From contig NW_014577061.1 in the NCBI RefSeq assembly GCF_000485595.1, positions 431,644-470,012 of the forward strand: a stretch of 38,369 bases of DNA. The letters run 5' to 3'. The translations under genes were made by a program, and so were the position numbers. Source of the DNA: Priapulus caudatus. Lineage: Eukaryota. The notes beneath the pieces were generated by a model that saw nothing but the letters and a program-made list of their open reading frames with translations, was not told the origin of the DNA and did no database searches. Of the stretch, positions 8,818 through 21,259 are shown in pieces (position 1 is the stretch's first letter; every line of letters starts with the position of its first letter).

Positions 8818-11800
8818 TTTTGTACGAGTTGTCTATATGCAGATATCTATGCTTATATCGATCGGCGGGGTAGAATCCTTGCACGGGTATTATAGCGGGC
8901 TGTCCTACTATGCTCCGAATCTCCTGGGGCGTGTGCTGGTTGGTGGATGGAGCAATGTGCAATAGTAGTGCGTTCGCGTTGGCCGCTTATGTACGAAATG
9001 CCTAGCTGCGTAGGAAGGGAGGAGGGGAGGGACTGGCGCGGGCAATATAAATGGCTGCACTAGGAAGTTACGTGTTTCGTAACGAAAATTAACGGTTAAA
9101 TTACAGCGAGTTAAAATCATGTTTACGACATATAGTTGGCTAATTATAGGTTGCGTACCAGCGTGTTGTTGCCAGAACTGATGATTACGCCTCCCACGAA
9201 TGTGTGTACTATGTAGGCGTCATAACATGCAGCCGAGATGGCCTAATAGGCCGCAGAATACGGTGGCTGGCTGTTGATCTAATTATTGTCCGCAGTGCAA
9301 TCAGAGTTTCCGACTTATCTCCGCGAGACATAAGCCACGTTGATTGAGGGCAAGTCTGTGTGTGAAGGCAGATCACGTGTAGATTCCCGGATATGAGTCA
9401 CTGCAGCAGGTGTATGACACTTGCCATTCATCCTCCATGCGCTGTTCCTAATCTGTACGATCTGCTTACAGTGACCATTAACATGTACTGATTGGTCAGC
9501 AGCAGCGTTATGCACATACTGGTCAGAATAATGTGCGTATACTGGTCAGAATAATGTACGTATACTGGTCAGAATAATGTACGTATACTGGTCAGAATAA
9601 TGTACGTATACTGGTCAGAATAATGTACGTATACTGGTCAGAATAATGTTACGTTACTGTCAGGCATTATAGCGTATACTGGTCAAGAATAATGTACGTA
9701 TACTGTCAGAATAATCTACGTATAAACTGGTCAAACATAATGTACGTATACTGTCAATAATGTCCGAATACTGGTCAAATACATGTCGTCATACTGGTCA
9801 GAATAATGTATCGTATACTGTCAGAGATAATCTACCGTATACTGGTTGCAGAATAATGTACGTGTATACTGGTTTAGAATAATACTACGTATACTGGGTC
9901 AGAATAATGTACGTATACTGCATGGTCAGCATTTATGTACGTATACTGGTCAGCATTATGTACGTATACTGGTCAGCATTATGTACGTATACTGGTCAGC
10001 ATTAAATGTTGACCATCGGTGTGGTGTTTATGTATGTAGCTACTGTTCAGCATCGGCTACAACCGTCAACATGCGCAGCTAACTTGGTCAGTACATAGAT
10101 CCGGTCATTCAGCAGTCTGTAGCCCAGTTCAATCAAAGGGAATCTTTGTCTACTCGGTGTCTTGCGCTTTTTTTTTTATCTCCTGGCTTTGTAATAAAAT
10201 CTCGTACATTGCTTGCAGCAGCCGCGACTGGTTTAAGTGACATTTTAGCTCGTGTCTCATCATGGCTGTACGGAGGCGATAGTATTCGCTTTCAAGTAAG
10301 CCTTCTATCCTTCTCCTATCGTGCTTTGTGCGATGAGGCGAGTCAGCGGCGCAATTTGTGATTGCGTTAGTTTGGATAATATCGGTTTGAAATTATATGA
10401 AGGCATTTAGAGTTGGCCTGGCAGTGCGCAATTTTTCCTACAATGTAATTTCAATTAGGCATGTAAAGCAGTACGCGAGGTTTTGTAGAAAATCAGTTTG
10501 CATTTAACCGACTCGGGCTGGCCACTTAACTGTTGCTGGAATGATGATTTTGACACATTTAGGGGTCGCTAGTTTGCCTGTCGTTCGAGTGCAAGCAACA
10601 TCATTTCAGGACACGTAGTTCATGACAAATGATTGATAGATATATTATAGATAGTAAGCGGTGCTGCTTTTGACATGTCTGTGTATTAAGCAACGCAACT
10701 TACATAGTGAAACCGCATGCAATGCATTGCATAACTTGAGCGCGGTTCGCACAGGGCCATACAAATAAAATAAAAAAATGAAAATTAAAATATAGAGAGA
10801 GAGATAAGAGAGAGGAGAGATGAAAGCGGAGAGCGGCGCGAGCCGGAGAGAGGGAGAGAGAGAGAAAGAGAGAGAAAGGATTCGTGCTAAGCATGACATA
10901 GCTAATGATGAGGCATCAGCATATCGCGTTCGCGTCTCCGCTCTGCTGCCTTTTCTTATTCCAGCGGATATAAAACAACGCGGGCTGATAATCCATATAA
11001 CAACATTTTCGGGTAACCTGGCCGCTTGTGTTTCGTGCACCACCGAGCAATCGTTCTCGGTAATGCGGATGACTTGCGCAACAGCCCACCTCGGCAATCG
11101 GCCACAAAGAATAATCGAAGGCTTTCGCATGCCAAGACAAGATGTGGCAGTAACTGATTAGGGATACACGCGTACTCCAAACCGAAATGGCCGTAGAATC
11201 CGGCTCAAGGAGCTTGCTAAGGGCGTGCTTAGATGCGGCGAGCAGCATGTTGTTCGCTGTGTAGAAGCTTGCGAACTATCGTTTGGCAGATTTACTTTGT
11301 GCATCGAATTAAATTTTTTTTTAAGAAAGCAGGTGGATATAGATTTTGAGTGCTGTGAGTACGTGAAGCACTCGTAACCTTAGCGGCGAAATGAATAAAA
11401 TATGGCATAAACTCAAAACATGAAGAATACGAAAGAAAATCGATATCTCGTTTCGTTGTATGCGATTGGTCGGGTTAATGGCAAAAAGAATAAGCAGCCT
11501 GTACATGGTGCCCATCGCCGCATGGCTGAGCACAATAAGCAGTGATTAGGTAGGCTAAGCTATATATATCTGTGTAATCATGTGTTGATAACTGTGACTT
11601 CTATACTCCCTTCTGCATCCTCTACTGGCAATGGCGGTCTTACAAACCTGCAAACCGGTGGTCGCGCACAACAGTTTCTGCTACAGACCCGTCTTATTTG
11701 CATGTGTAAATTACTGTTGAAACAGCCGTACTGGGTATACTTCACGAAACGACGGGCCGGCACATACACGACAAAGGCGTTCATTTCACCATTCGCGGTC

Positions 11801-14594
11801 ATGCGGCGAACGATGGCGGGATGTTAGCGTCCTTGTGGCAGTCATTTGCTTTCCTTCACTCACGTATATTGCCAACATTAATGTCGGTTGAGTGGCGTCG
11901 ATGGAACTGGGGCGCGTGGGGATTCGCGAAGGCCATTATAAAGTCTGTAAAGCCGCATACATTAATATAAATTAAAGCGCTGATGGATTTCGGCTTCCAA
12001 GAGCTCGTGCGTAGACTATTCTATAGTGATAAACTCCCCTGGCCGGCAATAAAAAAAATAACAGCGAGTATATAACGATCACCAGAGGGAATGCTGAATG
12101 GTACTGGGGCATCAGGGTTCCTTCAGGAAGAGGGTTGAGGGATGCGCAACACGAAAACTATGAAATCGAAGGTGGTGTTCTATGATGATTATAGAGTATA
12201 AGGGCACAACGTATCGATTAAATAGATAATACTTATAGGTGTATGTAATGAGTTAAAGTATTGAGAACGCCTAAATCTTTTCTCGATTATATCCTATATT
12301 TCTTTCCATAACATATTCAGGCGTATACGTCAACTAATACTGGAGTAAAATGTCGCACCACGTCCACACGTCGCCATGTCCCCACGTCCCCACTCTATGT
12401 TTCTACGTTACTGGGCTACTGATCTCCTGCACATACTGCGACTGTTGCGTGTGTGTCTGCTGAGAAGTATGCTGTTGAGTGTGCGCAGCCCGTAGATTTT
12501 TTGTCCGTGATTTGCGTTTAGATTAATACCGGAACTAACTTCCCCGACCGTGTATTTAGGTGCGTCGATTGCATTCTTATAAGGTGTCATTTAGTTTCAG
12601 ATTGGTTGCTGCTCCTTTCCCATTTTCGCCATTAACCTCACTAGCTATCGGGACTTAATTTTTAGGCATCATCTGACATAGTCAGATGGCAGCTTGTAGA
12701 ATGCTGCTGATCGCGTCCGTGGCGTCCTCCGTGCCGGCGTCAACAGTTGGGCACAAATCTAAGCCGCTGCGACGTACGGTCCACATATCCGGGATGTGGG
12801 GGGTAATCCGAAAACGAGTTGGGATGTCGGAAGCTGGGGTCAAAGGTCAAAGGTCAAGAGTATATAAAGAAGGGGGAACATTCACTCCTTTAACCTTAAG
12901 GTATAGGGAGGAAATGGCAGAATTGGCGCAGCAAATTTAAACGGCTCGATGCCTAGGCCTCCGTGAATAGTCCGTTGTATAGCATCATGAGTAGGAAAGC
13001 CCATCACTGTGGCCGCAATGAGGTCAAGTCCAAGAGTCAGTGGGCACAGGCAGATTTGAAGACATTCTGAGGACATGGTCTGAACGGAGCGAATTGAAAC
13101 ACCTTTTTTGTTTTCGCAGGTGACCTAGCATGTTTTAAGTTTAATTGAAAGGACCATGAAATGTCCCTTCTGCCTGACCATGCGAAGAAGTAAGTGGTCG
13201 GATAACATATTTGACGCCTCACAGAGAGGGTTAAACTTGCTTTGTTTGGACTAGTCTGTTAGAAAGAATTTGACTGCTCGGTTGCTAGTAGATATCTATA
13301 CATATGTCCTGGATGTATGAGCTAACAAATGTCACATGTGAAATTTCAAAAAAGGCTAAATTTTGGTTATAAGAAGGTGTATGTTGCCTTAAATGCGTTA
13401 TAATTTGCTATGTCATTCTGTACTGTCAGTATGTTACATGAACGTAATGCCACTGTGGCTTGCAAGTTTTTGCCTAGCGTTAATTGTGGCAGGTGGCAGC
13501 TCTCTATTGGCAATTTGCCACCTGTCGGCTTGCGTAAGGTAAATGTGATGAGTGCTTACCATTCCCGTCTTGCAAATAGTTGTTGCTACTACGAAATGAT
13601 GGAGCTTCCATCTTAATCTGAAGACACTTAAACGTACGCGCCTATCATCGGGCAGCTAACTTTCATAACGATCCCACCGAAGCATTCTTTTGAGAAGGTT
13701 CCTGACTATCATCGCCTGTGCATTCCACTGTTCGGTCCGTGTAATGTGAACACATTTGGGACTAATCAGGGTTTAGCTAGAATCCCTCGCACTCCCACCC
13801 CAGAGTCCACCGCAGTAGACGTTCGATGAGCGCTGTCGCTATGCGCACTTGTTGTCAGTATAGCAGCGAAGCAAATGCATGAAACCGATATGGATGGCAA
13901 ACCTGCCATTTAGCCTGCAGCACCGACTGCTGTTGTAGTTTCCTACCAGGATAATATTCAGACTGAAAAATAAAACTCTGTTGAATAAACACTTCGTGAC
14001 ATGTTTTTTTTGCGGCGACCTTGCATGAAAATCGGCGATGGAATGTTTGGCCATTGGAGGATGTTCGCTGTTAAGATGTTTTCATTTCTGTTTAATAGAA
14101 TTTTGCGGGTTATTACAACGTGATCATGGTAAATATACATCGCATATGCATCATTCATATGCATATTGTATGTATTGGGTTTTTCAGGACAATTGTTAAG
14201 CCATATACCTAAAGCTATTGTAATTAAATATATACATATATAATGTTTTCCAAAAGTTTAATTGGTTGTCTTGTATAAGACAAAATCCCCCAGCTGTGCT
14301 GTTTTCATACTATATGCTGCTCCTGACCTTTTTTAAGAATTTGATTATGTTTGCTCTAGTAGTTCGTAAATTATTAGTGTCAGTTTTCGCACCCTGAGTG
14401 TAGTCAAACACTCGCTGGGGAAGTTAATGAGGCCTGCCGTTGTCCGGCATGGAAGTGAATTCCCAAGATTACAAATGAATCATTGCTCATACCAATGTTA
14501 AATGAAATGTCGACACTCCACTCTGCGAAATTGGCGTCCGTGCCAGTAAGTAAGCTGGAGGCGGTGGCAGACAACGTAGCTGTCACTGCGGTCC
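8817..14594 (+). repeat. Large duplicated block, copy 1 (about 5.8 kb)
   Basis: 8817 to about 10000 recurs inverted at 25229-27394, and 10014-14594 recurs direct at 28239-31353. Confidence 0.92.
9516..10003 (+). repeat. 23-bp minisatellite (ATACTGGTCAGAATAATGTACGT)n, about 20 units
   Basis: Units are perfect at the start and noisy in the middle, with the variant CAGCATTATG in the last units. Confidence 0.95.
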
Positions 14595-14604
14595 NNNNNN
14601 NNNN
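14595..14604. other. 10-N contig join
   Basis: N run, coinciding with the end of homology to 28239-31353. Confidence 0.95.
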
Positions 14605-14605
14605 G

Positions 14606-15297
14606 CAGTGCTTAATTTTAAGATTTTTTTTGGGTTGTCCGGAGGACAACCAAGAGAGTAGCATATGGTTGTCCCTCAAGAGTTTTGGTTGTCCGGATAT
14701 TATTTAAACATGTGCTGCATGCGCTCTGCTCACGTGATGCTCAGTGCTGTAAAACAAAAGGCCTAATCATGTACATTTTGTACATATTGCAGTGACAGCA
14801 GACATGGCCATTCGCATTGTTTCACTCATTATATGAAGAGAATAAAATATTGGTAATGTGGTAAATGATGCTGGGATCAATGACGTATAATAATAGTAAA
14901 TAAAAGTTGCATGAAATTTATTTCATTACATTTACATTAAGTTAACTAACACTACTGACATTAATACTAACATTACTAACACTGTGTCTAGTCACAGCTC
15001 AGATGAGTAAAAATTGAACAATTGAAAATGAACATTGACTGTCACATTGTGTCACAGTTGTGTTACAGTCAAACACGTGATGTTATACTTTGTATCAAGC
15101 AAGCCAGACAATGCCTCTAGACATGTACATTTGCAGCGTATTGTGCAACCCTGGTCGTATGTAAAATGAACGCGCGCATTATGAATATAAAATTTTTATA
15201 GAGGTTGGACACCGGACAACCAGGAAGCAATTTGTAGTTTCCCAAGAGAAAATCCAGTCGTCACGGACGACCGGACGACTGTTAAAATTGAGCCCTG
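14606..15297. mobile_element. hAT-like MITE, about 690 bp
   Basis: TIRs CAGTGCTTAATTTTAA / TTAAAATTGAGCCCTG match 14/16. Subterminal GGTTGTCC/GGACAACC-type motifs lie at 14633, 14644, 14667, 14687 and 15214, 15265, 15273. The gap hides the left TSD. Confidence 0.75.
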
Positions 15298-15784
15298 TAT
15301 ATATCTGTCTTTTATCGCTCTCTCTTCCTCTCCCTCTCTCTCTTCCTCTCGCAATTCTCTAGTCTGATTGTGCAGAATCTATGACAATATTATTGTTTTG
15401 CACGAATCATCAAAGGCAGGTGTGATATATTGTGTGCGAGGGTGCGCGTAGCGCTAAGTGCATAATTATACCTGTTGTATGAGACGCACAACTGATGAAT
15501 AGAGAGTAGGAAATTGAACGGGGGATGGGACATGACAAGAAGCACGAGGAGAGATATTTAAATTGTGCGGATCACACTCTGTGGTTCGAAATCATATTAG
15601 GCACAGCCGCGTGTTATTTCCGCTTTCATCCTTACCTCTCCCAGTGACTGTTGGTCGTTCCTAAATCCCCGGGCTGTAGCGTGTCAAAAACACCATTTAC
15701 ATGGCCTACTTACAGGAAAATACAGTCAGGAGAAATAGCAGGCCTGACAACCTATTCTGAGTACCAAAAGACGCTGTGCAGTCA

Positions 15785-16112
15785 AGGGAGAGGGAGTGAG
15801 AGGCGGGTAGAGTCGGGGAAAAGAGAGAAGGCGAACGAAAAGGAGCTCGCGCGAAAGAAATCGATGCAGAGAGAGAGAGAGAGAGAGAGAAATAGCGCGC
15901 GAGAGAGAGACAGAGAGAGGGGAAGAACGAGACACAAAACGAGAGAGAGAGAGCGCGCGAGCGTGTGTGCGTGCGCGCGTGTAAGTGAGATAGTGTATTA
16001 GAAAGTAGAAGAGAGACCGTGTGAGTAGAGTGATATTGAGAGCGAGGGAGAGAGAGAGCGAGAAGAGAGCGGGAGCGAGCGAGCGAGAGAGATAGTGAGA
16101 GAGAGAGAGAAA
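15785..16112. repeat. (AG)n-rich low-complexity tract
   Basis: Directly visible. Confidence 0.85.
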
Positions 16113-17188
16113 AAATGGGACGAAGGCGAGGACGAAAACGAGAGAACATTGTAGAAGCGCTAGAGACTATACAGCACAGTCGTTTATATATACCTAGTGC
16201 GGTGATAGAGGTGATGTCACCTATAGTACGTGGGTGTAGCAGAGTCAGTACGTTTCGCAGCGTCACGCTCCACACCCGTAATCATCTCCTGTTTGCTCCG
16301 TACGACATTACCATAGCCAGGATGATGCACGTAATTTGCTCATCATGCAGCATTCATGCGCACCTAAAGAAATTGCTCGATGGAAAATTTATAACCAGAG
16401 AGCCATAATAAAGCCGTTATTATGAGGGAGACAAACTCAGCCAGCCCCGGTGATAACCACGCTGTTTTCAGTAATTCACTCCCATTGACGTTATTTGTGT
16501 ACATATATAGTATAGTAACTCATCATTAAATACGTTCACAGGCCTGTCAGCGCATTGTTTTGCTTCGTCGCTTCCGTTGTGCAAAAGTACTAGATTCGAT
16601 GACAAGCATGTTTAATTGTGAGCGATAGAGAGTGTGGCGAGACCCAAAAAAACTGGAGTTATAACTAATTAATAATTAATAACTAATTACATTCTTGCGC
16701 ACGACCGCTTTTTCATATTTCCCCCGCAAACGATCACGTCGATGTCGTTCAACGAGTCGACGAAAGCGAAGCGTGTAATATAGTTTAGGCATTGCCATCG
16801 GGGCGTTCTCAGCGCGCACAGGGTGTGATGATCTCCCCGCAGCATTCACGACGCTAGTATACAACCCCCGCAACATCCTACGCTCCTCATTTGACATTAA
16901 ATCGGGCGCGATTTTTTGCGGAAGCTATGTAATTATTTCCCGATGCCGCGGTGTTTCATCAGAATAATGGATCTGCAGAAATTTAGAGCCGCGTCGCGCG
17001 CACACATGTATATTTAATGCCGACAGCGGTTCAGCATCTGGGCATGTAACAATGGCGCGTAATTAGCAAAGCAGGCACGGGTAGGAAAAAATGTGGTAAC
17101 ATTTTGTTAAATAAAACAATTTAGTACAATCTCCAACGGCGGCATCCAACGCGTGCGAGTACCTTATATCGTTTCAGCTGCGTGCAGC

Positions 17189-17320
17189 ATCCCAGAAATC
17201 GACGTTTCAGTTGTCCAAAGTTTATATTGTACATAGAGTGCGAGAAGGAATTGGTAAATCGAAACTTTTCGAAATAGTTTGCTCGTTCGCCTACGACAAC
17301 GACGACAGTAACGATGACAT
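17189..17320 (-). repeat. Inverted partial copy (about 130 bp) of 2191-2320 and 19916-20047
   Basis: The reverse complement of ATCATCGTTACTGTCGTCGTTGTCGTAGGCGAACGAGC...CTGGGAT is present with few differences. Confidence 0.92.
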
Positions 17321-17968
17321 TTCCTTGATGTTCTCGCAAAATGCCAAACGTTCAAACGAGTTTCTAGCTTTGTGTTCATTTGGCGGTGTGGGGCGGGCTG
17401 CAAATTTTTTTTCTACACGTTATATCCATTGGGCTTGATATACGCATATCAACCTCCGCATCAGACTTTCCGTATATCAAGGAATGATGCAAAAATCCTA
17501 ACCCTAACACTAACACTAACTATAAACCGAATCGGCTTATATACTATCTATGGTATCCCAAACACTATCTATGGTGTGGTCAAATCAAAGCAGCCTATCA
17601 GAAGAACCCAATGGATATAACGTGTAGGGAAAAAAATTCGCGGACGGGCTAGGAGCAAGGTAAGAATGAAATTATAATTAAGAATATATTAAATGAGAAT
17701 GAATCAAGAAGGCCGGAATGAGATTAGGCGTCGAGGGTCAGGTGATGGTATATTCTGACACGTAGCGATAGCGTCGCATATTGTGCATTCTGTCTTCACT
17801 ATTGAATGGTACCTGGTCAGGTTTTATCCGACAGTGAATGAGCCCATCGGCGTTGTATATCGTATTGAGGTTTACATTAGATGAACTCAACTAATTATCT
17901 ACTAACTATTTATCTAATTATATTATATTTATATTATTTATTATTTCTCTTTATATTATTTATAGGTT

Positions 17969-18004
17969 CAAGAGCGTATTTTAAGTATTCTTAATACGCT
18001 CGTG
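17969..18004. mobile_element. 36-bp palindromic element with 7-bp TSD (CAAGAGCGTATT family)
   Basis: CAAGAGCGTATT / AATACGCTCGTG match 11/12. Flanks are ATAGGTT (17962-17968) and ATAGATT (18005-18011). Confidence 0.78.
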
Positions 18005-18727
18005 ATAGATTCTATAGTCGGAACGTCACCGGAGTCGTCTACGAAGCGGCTTCCACACATGTAGAGCAGCCGGGGAGTATAGGGCCTTGCTGCTGCTGCT
18101 GCCGCTTATGCAACCTCACGCATGCGACCGCATGGGCCGCGCGACCGCGAAAATTGGCTTATTATGTCGCCATCAGTGTATTGGCCGCGCCCACTAATGA
18201 CGGTGTTTGTCGGCGAGGGCTTATCTCTCTCCGGGTCTTACATAAATTATCGAGCATCGTACTGGAAAGCGCGCGCCTATTCCGCTAGCCAGCAGCCGTG
18301 CGCATATTCTGATAGCCAGCAGCAGCCGTGCGCTTAATCTAAAATGCGTGGTCGTGTAGTCCTGGCACTATACACTCGGTCGTTAAACGGCCTTTGCATA
18401 ATGTATAAGTGTGTACACGGTCAGTGTTGTCTATTCGCGTAAGAGGTAATGTCAACAGTCAGCCCCCCCCCTCCACTCTAAGTTTATGCGTAATGGGATT
18501 TTTTACTCGAGTTTCGTTTGTTCAGGGATGTTGTCATAGACGTCGTTTGATTAGTTTCGTTGCGCCTGCTGCGACTCCCTCCCGTTCACATATATCGGGT
18601 TTCCTCCAGGTCCATCAGCGTGCGCTTCTGCATTGTCTTTCCTGCTTTGTCTTTTGTCGCCACGCGCAAACGTAAGTAAATCGATCGGGGATATGTGCGT
18701 ACGGATCTGTCTGTACTCTGTATCTCT

Positions 18728-19310
18728 CCACTGTGAGGCCTCGTGTACGGATCTTTGTACGGGCTTCCTACAAGCGCTCCACTGTGGGCCTCGCGTACGG
18801 GCCTCTGTACGGGCTTTATACAAGCGCTCCACTGTGAGGTTCGTCGCGTAGGCATCTTTTGTGCAGGCTTCAGACAAGCGCTCCACTGTGAGGTCTGGCG
18901 TACGGATCTTTGTACGGGTTCCTACGCGCTCTACTGTGAGGTCTCCTGTACGGATTTTTTACGGGACTTCTACAAGCGCGGCCACTTGTGGGGCTCGCGT
19001 ACGGATCTTTGTACGGGCTTCATACAAGCGCCTCCACGTGTGAGGCTCGCGTACGGATCTTTGTACGGGGCTTCTAGCAAGCGCGGCCACTGTGGGGCCT
19101 CGCGTACGATCTTTGTACGCGGCTTCATCACAAGCGCGCACTGTGGGGCCTCGCGTACGGCCTCTGTACAGGTTCCTACAAGCGCGCTCACTGTGAGGGT
19201 CTCGTGTACGCGACTTTTGTACGGGCTTTATACAAGCGCGCCACTGTGGGGCCTCGCGTACGGACCTCTGTACGTTCTTCGTACAAGCGCTTCGGTGTGG
19301 GGCCTCGTAC
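18728..19310 (+). repeat. About 50-bp minisatellite (CCACTGTGRGGCCTCGCGTACGGATCTTTGTACGGGCTTCTACAAGCGCT)n, about 11-12 units
   Basis: Units start at 18728, 18779, 18829, 18883 and onward, head-to-tail without spacers. Confidence 0.93.
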
Positions 19311-19601
19311 CTGCATTTCCTTTGCAATTCCTTTGCGAATGATGGCTGCATTCCTTTTGCGAATTGCGTGCTGTGCGGTTTCCGTCGTCATCTTGCGCGA
19401 ACACTGCGAAAGACTTGTTGTGTGACGAAGTAGTTATAGCGAGAGCGAGTGCGATTAATATTTCACAGCACGCGGAACTGCAGACGGGCAACCGCGTATT
19501 GCGCACAGCGCTCACTCGCTGTCTTTGTCTCTCTCTCTTCTCTCTTCTCTCTTCTTCTATATCGCCCCCTCTCTGTCTGCTGTCTCTCTCTCGCTTCTCC
19601 T

Positions 19602-19656
<55 letters not shown>

Positions 19657-20085
19657 ACACTCCCTCGCGCTTCTTTACCTCCCGCCGTCCCTCCCTTCTT
19701 CCTCTACTCTCTTCCTTATTCCCCCTCCCTCTCTCCTTTCCTTCCCCCACACTGTCCCCTTTTCCTCCTCCTTCCCCCCCTTCTCCATTCCTCCTCCTCC
19801 CGTCCCTCTCTCCCTTCCCTCCTCTCCCTCCCCTCTTCTCCCGTCTTCCCTCTATGCAGCCCCCCGGGTGTGACGCAGAGGGATTCCGTAAAAGCATTTA
19901 TCGGATATGAATCACATATCATCGTTACTGTCGTCGTTGTCGTAGGCGAACGAGCAAAGCTATTTCGAAAAGTTTCGTTTTACCTTCCTTCTCGCACTCT
20001 ATGTTACAATATAAACTTTTGGACAATGAAACGTCGATGTCTGGGATTCGCTGCTGCGAAATAAAGAGGTTGCGTTCAATCCTCC
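19302..20085 (+). repeat. Dispersed repeat, copy 2 (see 1636-2355)
   Basis: Direct alignment by eye; this copy has extra small indels. Confidence 0.92.
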
Positions 20086-21129
20086 TCGCAAGCAAGTTGT
20101 GCCTTCGCGAGATTCCAACCTACTATATATATATATATATATATATAATCGAACGCAGCGTTGCTTTGTAAATGTGTCGTGTGATTGGTAAACCTATTGA
20201 GCCGCGCCCGTATTCGCAACGGCTCTGTGGCAATCAGGTAGAGTAAACACGAACGCACGTGCACACACGCACACGCGCACGCGCGCGCGCAATGAGGGTC
20301 GATTTTGAATAATTTACCAGCCGCGCGAGTTGAGCGAACCTCGTCTAAAGAAGACTGCCGGTGAAATATGAATTAATTCGCGTGGAACCATTATTACACG
20401 CGTACGTGTGTTGGGAGTGGGTTACTGCTTCTTGTCAGAATGCGTGCATGTACGTGCGCGCGCGCGCGTGTGTTGGGAGGGGTGGGTATCATAATCTCGA
20501 ATCAACCAACATAGCGCAAATATAATACTGGCTGAAATCTGCAGACACAGGGTTTCGAGCCGTATGTCGATTGTGGTTGGCTGGCGTACTCAGAAATAAT
20601 TGTTTTTATCGCGGTTGAAATCGATTTATCGGGTAAAAATAATAAAAAACTAGGACAGAGGGCGCACTACGGAGAGTGCCTACCCTCGCGAGCGTGTAAC
20701 ATGATATACAATGTGTTATAACAGCTGGCTCGCTGCTGGCTGCTTGCCTTGAACTGGACGCCCTAGGCGAGCTGCTGCTGACTGGACGCCCTAAGGCGAG
20801 CTGGTGCCTGAAATCGATCGCGGCCAACGCGTGTCATGTATACATGTGTTTATAACAGCTTTGGCTCAGCTGCTGGCTACACACACACAGCACGAACAAC
20901 AACGAACACACACAACGAGAGCGCTTACATTACCTCCTTGCACGCTCCGTTGCGCGGAGGTAATAATAAAAAATTTCTGATTGTCGACGCGCTGGTCGTA
21001 TTGGGGACGTGTCTGGTACACATCTTGCATGGTTCGTCTCATGTGCGTTTATGTCCCACGCGCGGTCGATCGTGCATTTTCGGCAGCCGCAATTTGCTAC
21101 GGTCGCAGCGCGTGGCTGTCAGTTTGCCT

Positions 21130-21151
21130 TCTCTCTCTCTCGTCTCTCTCT

Positions 21152-21224
<73 letters not shown>

Positions 21225-21228
21225 CTCT

Positions 21229-21259
<31 letters not shown>

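Noticed and set aside
8052..8965. GC-rich ORFs up to 187 aa
   Set aside because: No recognisable homology; they are partly extended by the (GCAC)n repeat.
9516..10003. CRISPR-like 23-bp repeats (also the 24-bp array)
   Set aside because: There are no spacers; these are ordinary minisatellites.
10645..11280. Overlapping 110-161 aa ORFs, with a faint GRRI..ELA.G..C resemblance to Mutator-like transposases
   Set aside because: No convincing domain; the motif is too short and the frames are not preserved in the noisy second copy.
12632..13234. piggyBac element between TTAACCTCAC and GAGAGGGTTAA
   Set aside because: The two ends do not form a convincing TIR pair.
16391..16459. ATAACCA direct repeat around a small hairpin, as another footprint
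   Set aside because: The termini are not inverted and do not match the CA...TG families.
17497..17528. Telomere-like CCCTAA units
   Set aside because: Only about 5 degenerate units; a common interstitial motif, not a telomere.
18728..19351. CRISPR-like array or repeat-protein ORF
   Set aside because: Units are head-to-tail with no unique spacers, there are no cas genes and the context is eukaryotic. The ORFs arise from the repeat.
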